From NCBI GenBank assembly GCA_045107005.1, contig JBGCFP010000080.1, positions 53,592-117,591 of the forward strand: a stretch of 64,000 nucleotides of DNA, written 5' to 3'. Source of the DNA: Gammaproteobacteria bacterium (lineage in GTDB: Bacteria; Pseudomonadota; Gammaproteobacteria; Steroidobacterales; JBCCMA01). Below the pieces are notes generated by a model, which was given only the letters and a program-made list of their open reading frames with translations, did not search any database and was not told where the DNA came from. Below, one piece after another: positions 56,663-64,000 of this stretch; position 1 is the stretch's first letter, and every line of letters begins with the position of its first letter. The position numbers and the translations under genes were made by a program.

Positions 56663-57565
56663 TCAGGCTTTGCGCTTACTGCCACCCGCGGCCAATCGCA
56701 TCAGCATTTTCTGGGTTTGCGCGGCGCCAGAATTTGGCGGGGTGTCACCAGGATGCAGCGTATCGAATTCGGCCGCCAATGTGGCGGGTCCCGGCATTGG
56801 CACACACGCGCTTTCCGCGATAAAGGCACGGGCCATTACGCCCGCGCCCGCTTCGGCAATCACCTTTGACGGCGCACACTCGCTGACCAGCCACAACGCC
56901 ATCGGCGCGATTTTCTCGGGTGCCATCGCCTCTCTTAGCTGAGACGGCAGTAAATTCTCGGTCATGCGGGTTGCGGCAATCGGCGACAGCGTGTTCACGC
57001 GAATGTCGAAGCGCTCGCCCTCCAGGTGCAGCGTATTCATCAACCCGATGAGCGCCATTTTCGCCGCACCGTAGTTGGCCTGTCCGTAGTTGCCATACAG
57101 CCCGCTCGCCGACGCGGTAAGCAAAATGCGCCCGTAGTTTTGTTCACTCATAATCGCCCACACCGCATGCGTGCAGTGGAAGGCACCCATGACATGGACG
57201 TCAAAGACCGAGCGAAAATCATCCACGCTCATCTTGCTGAACGTTCGATCGCGCAGTATGCCCGCGTTGTTGATTAACACGTCGATGCGGCCAAACCGTT
57301 CTTGCGTTCGCCGTACCATCGAACCGACGTCGGTCTCATTCGTTACGTCAACCTGTTCGGCGATCGCCAGGCCGCCCGCGGTCGTGATCTCATTGGCAAC
57401 CTGCGTCGCCGAGTCTGCGCTTTTGCCGCTGCCATCCAGCGCCACGCCGTGATCCGCTACCACGACACTCGCCCCGGCCGCGGCCAAGGCCATGGCGTGC
57501 GCACGACCAATCCCGCTACCCGCACCGGTCACGATGGCTACCTGATCGTGAAACAATGGCGTCAT
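56663..57565 (-). CDS. SDR family oxidoreductase (MFE-2-type 3-hydroxyacyl-CoA dehydrogenase-like)
   Basis: 300 aa. 'VTGAGSGIGRAHA', 'NNAGILRD' and 'YGAAKMAL'. Its stop abuts the convergent thioredoxin stop. Confidence 0.85.
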   Translation of the reverse strand: MTPLFHDQVAIVTGAGSGIGRAHAMALAAAGASVVVADHGVALDGSGKSADSATQVANEITTAGGLAIAEQVDVTNETDVGSMVRRTQERFGRIDVLINNAGILRDRTFSKMSVDDFRSVFDVHVMGAFHCTHAVWAIMSEQNYGRILLTASASGLYGNYGQANYGAAKMALIGLMNTLHLEGERFDIRVNTLSPIAATRMTENLLPSQLREAMAPEKIAPMALWLVSECAPSKVIAEAGAGVMARAFIAESACVPMPGPATLAAEFDTLHPGDTPPNSGAAQTQKMLMRLAAGGSKRKA

Positions 57566-57649
57566 TATCTACGCTCCCTGCACAAGCTTCGCTTAAGTCC
57601 TTCAGGCCGACACTCTAGCGTGACTCCCATCGACAATGAAAACGCAGGC

Positions 57650-57676
57650 AAAAAAAACGGCTCCAAAAAGGAGCCG
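57650..57676 (-). terminator. Rho-independent terminator (minus strand) downstream of the small ORF
   Basis: Read on the minus strand it is 'CGGCTCCtttttGGAGCCGtttttttt': a 7-bp stem, 5-nt loop and 8 T. It lies 57 nt after the stop at 57733. Confidence 0.65.
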
Positions 57677-57732
57677 TAAAGCTTGCGTCTCAAGGGGTGC
57701 GCCACATTCAGGGGGATATAGCGCGCCCTTTC

Positions 57733-57957
57733 CTAGGAGCCGGATTTGCCGCGATCGCGCCAGGATTCAAAAGCTTCCCAGCGCGGTGCTGCGTTACTTT
57801 GTTCAGGCCGCGTTGAGGTCCAGAAGTTCGATCGATCTGCCCACTTTCGTTTCAGATTGGTCGAGTCCTGAGTAAAAAAGAAATTCGTGTTGCCGCTTTT
57901 TGAGCGCAGGCCGGGACGGCCTTTCAACGGGGTAAGAGGTTTGTTCATTTCTGGCAT
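57733..57957 (-). CDS. Hypothetical small basic protein (74 aa)
   Basis: ATG at 57957 preceded by GGAG with a 9-nt spacer, and its own terminator downstream. Basic and Trp-rich. No family recognised. Confidence 0.45.
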   Translation of the reverse strand: MPEMNKPLTPLKGRPGLRSKSGNTNFFFTQDSTNLKRKWADRSNFWTSTRPEQSNAAPRWEAFESWRDRGKSGS

Positions 57958-58517
57958 GTCGGGTCACTCCACTTCGGTCTTAAGCTTGAGCATTAACATA
58001 AACGTCAGAGCCCGCTTATGCTCGGAACTGCATCACGCTCTTTTCCTAAATTTTGTAAATTGCGCGCAGTTTTGTTCAATCAAATCGCCGCTTATGTAAA
58101 GGACTGTTCCATATCCGGTGATTCCGGAACGTCTCGCCAATTTAACGCATTTACGTAACCGGCCAAAAAGGCTACACATATTATTGTAAATGTTGCGGTG
58201 CAAAACAATTTGTACGAAAAACCGCCTAATGAGAAACCCTGAGCTGCGGCAATTTTCTGCACGGGTGATATATTTTGCGTCATTGGTCTGACGGATCAGC
58301 CCTTGTCGAGTCGATAAACTTCCGGCGTTGTTCTGATTTGCCGGTATTAAAGCAATGACCCGTCAAGAGCCGGTTTCAATTCAAGCGTGGCAATCGCGAC
58401 CTTGGATTAACAACTCAATCTGAAAGACACAATAATATGCGTTCGGAGCCTGTTCGCCGCTCGTCGGTGACCAAGCTTTGTTCGCGTCTCAAAAGTAAGT
58501 TAAGGGGGAAGAACCAC

Positions 58518-61037
58518 GTGAAATTTCACGCCTATCGATCTTTAATCACAGCGACAGCCGGTGCTGTTCTCGCGGTTAGTGCGTTCAGCGCTAATGCGAA
58601 AGCAAGCGGCGGTGTCGAAAGCATGGAACTGCAGAACCAGGCCACCGCTCAATACGGTGACACCTTCCGCAGTGCCAGCATCAAGTCCTTGTTTGGTGGC
58701 AACACCATGGAACGCGGCGGCGGCGTCTGCGGCGACAGCATCCTCGACGGTGGCGAAGATTGCGACGACGGCAATACCGCCAGCGGCGACGGTTGCTCGG
58801 CAACCTGTCTCTTCGAAGCCGGCTTTGACTGTTCTGCACCAATTCCCGGTGCGGCTGATGTCAACGTCGTGACCGACGGCAGCCTGGAAAACAGCAACCT
58901 CGACGGCGACTGGACTGAAATCAGCCACAGCCTGTTCGGCCAGCTGATTTGCGGCGACAACTGCTTCGGTGCACCACTTGCCTCTGATATTGATGGCAAC
59001 ATCGTGTCGGGCAACTTCTTCCTCGTCTCGGGCGGTAGCTTCACCAGCGCCAGCACCGGTGTCGTGGAACACGCACCTATCGTGATCCCTGCTGCCGGCA
59101 CGACGCTGCAGTTCAACTACGGTTTCGGAACGCCGGGCACGACCTGTCCGGACGCAAACGACGGTCTGCGCCTGCTGATCGACGGTACCGAAGTCTGGTC
59201 GAACCTTGACGCGACCGGCTCATGCGAGCCAATCGACGTTTACACGGTTGAGAGTGTTGACCTGGCCGCGCTTGGCTTGAACGATGACGCTGCTCACACG
59301 CTGCGCTTTGAAGGCACCTCCTCGGTTGTGCCCGCGGGCGACGATCTGCTGAACGTGTTCCTCGATCAAGTTCGCATCCTTGTCCCAGCTGACGATCCAA
59401 CCCCACCGATTCCGAGCATGTGCTCGCCGGTAACCTGTGGTGACGGCGCGTTCCCGCAGTTCTCAGCTGCTGGTTCGGAAGGCTGCGACGATGGCAACCT
59501 GACCGACGGCGACGGTTGCTCTTCAACCTGCGAAGTCGAGCAACCTGACTTCGTTTGCGAAGATCCGGAAGCCGCTGCTGACGAAGGCAACGACATCGAA
59601 GACGGTAGCCTCGAGCAGGGCCGTAACAACCCTGACTGGGTCTCAGCCGGTACGGAATTCGATCCGATCTGTTCGCAAATCTTCTGTGGCGCAGCATTGG
59701 CTGACACCGAAGACGGCGGCGCGTTCTTTGCCTGGTTCGGTGGCTCTTCGCTGCCTAACGACCAGTCGCTGACCCAAGACGTTGTGATCTCTTCGACCGC
59801 TACGACGCTGGACTTCAAACTGCTGGTCGGTATTTGCGATAGCGTGAATGACAACCTGAGCATCGAAGTCGACGGCACCAACGTGTTCGATTTCCCATGC
59901 GACGATAGCTTCCCTGTGTACACGCCGATCTCGGTGCCACTGGGTGCGTTTGCGGATGGCGCGAGCCACACCGTGTCGTTCATCGGTTCCACAGTAGCCA
60001 CCAACGGCGGCAACTCGAACTTCTTCGTTGATGACATCTCGATTGGCACCAACGTGGCGTTCGCTGGCGAGCCAGGCGTCTGCTTTGAGCTGGCTGAAGC
60101 TTGCTCAGTGCCAGAGCAGTTCAGCGCGGGTATCCCGGGCGACTGGACCGTCGTGAACCTTGGCCCGGATGCGGCTGACGGTTGGGGCGCATCGAACGAC
60201 GGTATCTGTGCTTCGCAGAACTGGTCGGGTGGCAACGCTGAGAACAACACCACTGGTGGTGCTGGTATCGCCGCTTGTGCCGATTCCGACGCAACGGGTC
60301 AGATCGATCTCGACGGTGGCGCAACCGCACCGAACGAAATGGACACCTACCTGTGCTCACCAATGCTTGACCTGTCGGCCGTTACCGATCCACAGCTGAG
60401 CTTCCTGGTGAACTATCAGGCTGCGAACAACGACTTCAACGACAACGGTACGCCAGACGATGCGATGGATGATTTCGATGATGACTTCCTGGAAGTCCTC
60501 GTCGGCACGACCCCGCCAAACGCTCTGACCGTGCCTAACTACGATACGCTGGGCAACGTGTTCGATCACCTCGACACCACGCTGGCGACGTCGCCTGAGG
60601 CCGCTCTGGCAGCTGACCTGACGGATTTTGCAACGGAAAGTGAAGCGTATGTCTGCTTCCACTACCGTGGCACTTACGCCTGGTTCGCTCAGGTTGATAA
60701 CCCAGCGCTGCGTGCTACATCGTGCACGAACGATGACATTGATACGGACGGCGACGGCGTCTTCGATATGGTTGATAACTGCATCATGGCTATCAACTCG
60801 ACTCAGTTGGACACGGACGGTGACGGCCACGGCAACGCTTGCGATGCCGACTTCAACAACGATTGCAGCTCGAACGTGATCGATCTGGGTATCTTCCGCA
60901 CGTTGTTCTTCCAGCCTGGTAACCAGGCTGACCTGAACGGCGACGGCATCACGAACGTGATCGACCTGGGTATCTTCCGTACGTTGTTCTTCGGAACGCC
61001 TGGTCCAAGTGCCGACGGTATCTGCACACCTATGTAA
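58518..61037 (+). CDS. Large secreted multidomain protein, paralog 1: 2x(Cys-rich 'CDDGN..GDGCS..C' repeat + beta-sandwich module) + third beta-sandwich + TSP3-like + dockerin-like Ca-binding repeats
   Basis: 839 aa from the GTG at 58518 (GGGGGA, 8-nt spacer). Signal peptide 'LITATAGAVLAVSAFSANA'. 'CGDSILDGGEDCDDGNTASGDGCSATC' and 'CGDG..EGCDDGNLTDGDGCSSTC' resemble the Myxococcus cysteine-rich repeat/DUF4215. Also 'DTDGDGVFDMVDNC', 'DTDGDGHGNACD' and 'DLNGDGITNVIDLGIFRTLFF'. Confidence 0.8.
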   Translation: MKFHAYRSLITATAGAVLAVSAFSANAKASGGVESMELQNQATAQYGDTFRSASIKSLFGGNTMERGGGVCGDSILDGGEDCDDGNTASGDGCSATCLFEAGFDCSAPIPGAADVNVVTDGSLENSNLDGDWTEISHSLFGQLICGDNCFGAPLASDIDGNIVSGNFFLVSGGSFTSASTGVVEHAPIVIPAAGTTLQFNYGFGTPGTTCPDANDGLRLLIDGTEVWSNLDATGSCEPIDVYTVESVDLAALGLNDDAAHTLRFEGTSSVVPAGDDLLNVFLDQVRILVPADDPTPPIPSMCSPVTCGDGAFPQFSAAGSEGCDDGNLTDGDGCSSTCEVEQPDFVCEDPEAAADEGNDIEDGSLEQGRNNPDWVSAGTEFDPICSQIFCGAALADTEDGGAFFAWFGGSSLPNDQSLTQDVVISSTATTLDFKLLVGICDSVNDNLSIEVDGTNVFDFPCDDSFPVYTPISVPLGAFADGASHTVSFIGSTVATNGGNSNFFVDDISIGTNVAFAGEPGVCFELAEACSVPEQFSAGIPGDWTVVNLGPDAADGWGASNDGICASQNWSGGNAENNTTGGAGIAACADSDATGQIDLDGGATAPNEMDTYLCSPMLDLSAVTDPQLSFLVNYQAANNDFNDNGTPDDAMDDFDDDFLEVLVGTTPPNALTVPNYDTLGNVFDHLDTTLATSPEAALAADLTDFATESEAYVCFHYRGTYAWFAQVDNPALRATSCTNDDIDTDGDGVFDMVDNCIMAINSTQLDTDGDGHGNACDADFNNDCSSNVIDLGIFRTLFFQPGNQADLNGDGITNVIDLGIFRTLFFGTPGPSADGICTPM
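60871..60994 (+). repeat. 42-nt direct repeat (2 mismatches) encoding the two dockerin-like segments of paralog 1
   Basis: 60871-60912 'cgaacgtgatcgatctgggtatcttccgcacgttgttcttcc' versus 60953-60994 'cgaacgtgatcgacctgggtatcttccgtacgttgttcttcg'. Both encode NVIDLGIFRTLFF. Confidence 0.9.
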
Positions 61038-61088
61038 TGGGTGAGTAGTTAAAGTACTGGACACGGTCTTTCGAGACGGTGTCGGAAA

Positions 61089-61115
61089 AGCCCCGCTTCG
61101 GCGGGGCTTTTTTTT
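61089..61115 (+). terminator. Rho-independent terminator after paralog 1
   Basis: 'AGCCCCGCttcgGCGGGGCTttttttt' is an 8-bp stem with a tetraloop and a T-run that begins at the last stem base (8 T in all, 61108-61115). It lies 52 nt after the stop at 61037. Confidence 0.8.
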
Positions 61116-61175
61116 GTGCCGGCTTTTGCCATCGATTTTTCGTCGGCGTATGGTGTAAAAAACCGGAGCACACTA

Positions 61176-63589
61176 ATGCTGACTTCCCTTCTGCTTTCCG
61201 CCACAGGTGCTGTCGCCCCCCCCCGTTTGGTTCAGCGATATTCCAAACTCTATTCGGACCAGCGATAAGCACAGACGATGCCCGCGTTGTTGCTGCCGTC
61301 TGTGGCGACGCAAGTCCGGACCCGGGCGAAGAGTGTGACGACGGCAATACGACCAGTGGCGACGGTTGTGCGGCCAACTGCACGATCGAAGCGAGCTACA
61401 TCTGCAGTGACGCGTTGCCAGGCACCCCGCCGGACAATTTGTTCACCGACGGCAGCTTTGAGGACCGAAATGTTGCCGGCACCTGGACCGTCGATCACAG
61501 TCTTTTTGGCCCGGTGATCTGCGGCGATGATTGCGGCAGCTTCGGCGGCGGATTCGCCTTGGATCTCAACGGCAACCCTGTAAACGGCGTCTGGGTACTA
61601 CTTTCCGGGGGCAGTTTCACGGTCGCTACAACAGGATTCGTCGAGCACGATCCCGTTGTTATCCCACCCGAAGCCCAAACCCTGCAATTTAACTGGGGGC
61701 TGGGCACGGTGGGGACGTCCTGCCCGGATCAGGACGACGGCGTTCGAGTACTCATCGACGGCCAACCGGTTTGGTCGAGCAACGACGACGGCATTTGTAC
61801 CGCGCAAGCCCTATGCACCCTGGCGTCTATCGATTTGGCCGCGCTGGGTGTCAATGATGGCGCCGCGCACAGCGTGCGCATTGAAGGCACGTCATCGGTC
61901 GTTCCTGCCGGCGACGACCTGACCAATATTTTTCTCGATCAGATACGTATCTTCGTCGAGGCTGACGATGCAGAACCCCCAGTGCCCAGCCAGTGCCGCG
62001 AAATAGTCTGCGGCGATGACGAGCAGTTTGGTGGCGAACAGTGCGACGACGGCAACCTAACCGACGGCGACGGTTGCAGTTCTACGTGCGAAGTTGAACA
62101 ACCCGATTTCGTGTGCACTGACGCCCAGCCCCCTACCGAATCTGGCAACGATGTGACCGACGGCGGGCTGGAGCTGGGTCGCGACAACCCGCACTGGAAC
62201 TCGGCAGGTACAGTTTTCGATCCGATCTGTTCGCAATTCTACTGTGGCGCTGCTTTGGCTGACGCCGAAGACGGCGGCGCGTTCTATGTTTGGTTCGGTG
62301 GCTCTTCGCTGCCAAACGACCAGTGGCTGACGCAAGACGTTGTGATCTCTTCGACGGCTACCACGCTGGACTTCAAACTGCTGGTTGGTGTTTGCGATAG
62401 CGTGGATGACAATCTGAGCATCGAAATCGACGGCACAACAGTTTTCGATTTCCCATGCGACGACAGCTTCTCCGTGTATACGCCGATCTCGGTGCCACTG
62501 GGTGTGTTTGCGGATGGCGCGAGCCACACCGTGTCATTCATTGCTAGCACGGTTGCCACCAACGGCCGCAACTCGAACTTCTTCGTCGACAACATTTCAA
62601 TTTCCACCAACACGTCGTTCGCCGGAGTGCCCAGCTCTTGTACTGAACTGCCACCTTCCTGCAATACACCCGAGCAATTCTCGACTGACATTCCGGCTGA
62701 CTGGACGGTGATCAATCTGAGCGAAGACCCGATCGACGGGTGGGGAGCGTCCACCGACGGCGTGTGCGCCTCGCAAAACTGGTCGCCAGGCACGGACAGC
62801 AATAACGTGACAGGTGGCGCCGGCATTGCCGCCTGCGCGGATTCCGACGCAACCGGTCAAATCGATGTAGACATGGGTAGCCCGTTTGCAAACGAAATGG
62901 ACACCTATCTGTGCACCCCACCGATGGACCCGTCGCAAGTCACGCAGCCGCGCCTGAGTTTTCTGGTCAACTATCAATCAGCCGGCAATCGTTTGAACGA
63001 CAATCAAACACCGGACGATCCCAGCGACGATTTCGATGACGATTTTTTGGACGTGCTCGTTGGCGTATTACCACCGACCGAATTGACCGTCGTGGACTAT
63101 GATTTGCTTGGCCAGGTAGTTGATCATCTCGACACCACTTTGACCCTGTCGCGCGCGAGTTCGCAGGCCGTAGACCTGTCTGACTTCGCCAACGAGTCTG
63201 AAGTCTACGCGTGCTTCCACTACCGCGGCACCTACGACTGGTACGCGCAAATCGATAATGTGGCGCTGCGCGGCGCGTCCTGTGTCGCCGAGCCCGATAC
63301 CGATGGCGACGGCGTGCTCGATGCCGTGGACAACTGCACGAACGAACCCAATCCCAGCCAACTGGATACTGACGGTGACGGGCACGGCAACCGCTGTGAC
63401 GCCGATTTCAATAACGACTGCAGCGTTAATGCCGAGGACTTGGGCATTTTCCGCACGTTATTTTTTATGCCCGGCAATCAAGGGGATCTAAGCGGCGACG
63501 GGATCACGAGCGTTACGGATTTGGGTTTGTTTCGCGTGCTTTTTTTCAGCACTCCCGGGCCGAGCGCCGCGGGACTTTGCACAACGTAA
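61176..63589 (+). CDS. Large secreted multidomain protein, paralog 2; as sequenced the signal-peptide frame (ATG 61176) and the body frame (ORF 61079-63589) are out of register at a C9 tract (frameshifted or phase-variable)
   Basis: Same architecture as paralog 1. The body ORF has no ATG/GTG/TTG between the terminator and the first conserved Cys-rich repeat. ATG 61176 (GGAG, 7-nt spacer) encodes 'MLTSLLLSATGAV..', homologous to the paralog 1 signal peptide, but stops at 61266-61268. One extra C or two fewer C would fuse the frames. Confidence 0.75.
61216..61224 (+). repeat. Homopolymeric C9 tract at the frame junction of paralog 2
   Basis: Read directly: 'gtcgCCCCCCCCCgtttgg' contains nine consecutive C. 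Confidence 0.95.
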
Positions 63590-63613
63590 GACGAAGGGTA
63601 GTCTGCGCGACGT

Positions 63614-64000
63614 CTACTGCGACGTCGCGATCACCGCAGGCAACAGCGTCTTCCACATGATTTGATAGCGTAGCGCGTTGCGCGATCGCCCGTCGCTGTA
63701 GTTGCCCGCGTTCATCATGATCGTCAGGTCCAGTTTGGGGACCACCAGCAGAATCTGGCCGCCGTTGCCGCTGGCGGAATAGGTCTCGAACTTCTGGCCT
63801 TCGTATTCGTAGGTGTAGCGCCACCAGCCGAAGCCGTAATTGTCTGGCTCACCGAGCGACGCATGCGCGGCAAACGATTCGCGCACCCAGTCTTCGGACA
63901 CCAGGCGTTGACCGTTCCAGACGCCGCCGTCGAGATACAGCTGACCCAGTTTCAAGAAGTCTCTGGGGCGTAGCTGGATACCGCCGCCCATGTAAGCGTG
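63614..64000 (-). CDS. Serine hydrolase (beta-lactamase-related family), C-terminal part; 5' end beyond the window
   Basis: The frame is open to base 64000. 'GGGIQLRPRDFLKLGQLYLDGGVWNGQRLVSEDWV..GFGWW..SGNGGQILLVVP' is typical of the C-terminal half of class-C-like serine hydrolases. Confidence 0.75.
   Translation of the reverse strand, partial: HAYMGGGIQLRPRDFLKLGQLYLDGGVWNGQRLVSEDWVRESFAAHASLGEPDNYGFGWWRYTYEYEGQKFETYSASGNGGQILLVVPKLDLTIMMNAGNYSDGRSRNALRYQIMWKTLLPAVIATSQ

Noticed and set aside
61079-61175. GTG 61079 as the true start of paralog 2
   Set aside because: It would place a strong terminator hairpin with a T-run inside the first 12 codons. The resulting Phe-rich N-terminus is just the translated T-run. 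The ATG at 61176 with GGAG and homology to the paralog 1 signal peptide is more convincing. It cannot be fully excluded without data.
59484-62611. Diversity-generating retroelement (template/variable repeat) explanation for the similar tracts in the paralogs
   Set aside because: Mismatches are spread over all four bases rather than at adenines, and no reverse transcriptase or accessory gene is present in the window.
57566-63600. Genomic island / mobile element call for the AT-rich spacer plus paralog pair
   Set aside because: There is no integrase, transposase, flanking tRNA or direct repeats. Compositional deviation alone is insufficient.
63607-63628. Palindrome GCGACGTCtactgcGACGTCGC after paralog 2 as a terminator
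   Set aside because: It has no flanking T/A-run and overlaps the last codons of the convergent serine-hydrolase gene. The evidence is too weak to annotate.
1-64000. Search for CRISPR arrays, rRNA/tRNA genes, IS elements, toxin-antitoxin or known defence systems
   Set aside because: I found no repeat-spacer periodicity, cloverleaf-like conserved tRNA ends or rRNA signatures. No ORFs had transposase, integrase or defence-domain motifs.

Overview
GC-rich (about 60% by eye) chromosomal window from a Gram-negative bacterium. Gene content suggests a marine gammaproteobacterium, which is an inference. I call about 55 protein genes and found no rRNA, tRNA, CRISPR array, transposase or integrase. The left part (1-30.6 kb) is mostly housekeeping. 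It holds a Leu/Ile catabolic cluster (Leu dehydrogenase, isovaleryl-CoA DH, thiolase, methylcrotonyl-CoA carboxylase beta and alpha, HSD10-like SDR), an M16 peptidase pair whose second member is split by an in-frame TAG, etfBA, zapE, maiA with a GNAT and a MarR regulator, the giant NAD-glutamate dehydrogenase overlapping a NYN/OST-HTH gene, HIT, GDPD, NfeD/SPFH, and ilvI placed divergently from ilvH-ilvA. The right part (30.6-64 kb) is envelope and accessory. (i) A 16-gene, ~15.9-kb co-directional minus-strand array (34414-50302) has overlapping or near-abutting junctions. It joins an ExbB/2xExbD/TonB-like motor and TPR scaffold proteins (composition like the Myxococcus Agl-Glt/Nfs core) to an ApbE/DUF3570/DUF4266/TlpA flavin-thiol module, two small OM beta-barrels and a beta-propeller protein with two CxxCH motifs. 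(ii) A divergent trio (50686-55975) consists of Planctomycete-type CxxCH proteins and a Tat-exported DUF1501-like protein. (iii) An AT-richer ~950-bp spacer precedes two tandem paralogous ~830-aa secreted proteins built from Cys-rich repeats, beta-sandwich modules, TSP3-like and dockerin-like Ca-binding repeats. The second paralog is separated from its signal peptide by a C9 homopolymer frameshift. The composite array in (i), together with the CxxCH set in (ii), is my best candidate for an undescribed system. All family assignments are from motif recognition by eye and need HMM or BLAST confirmation.
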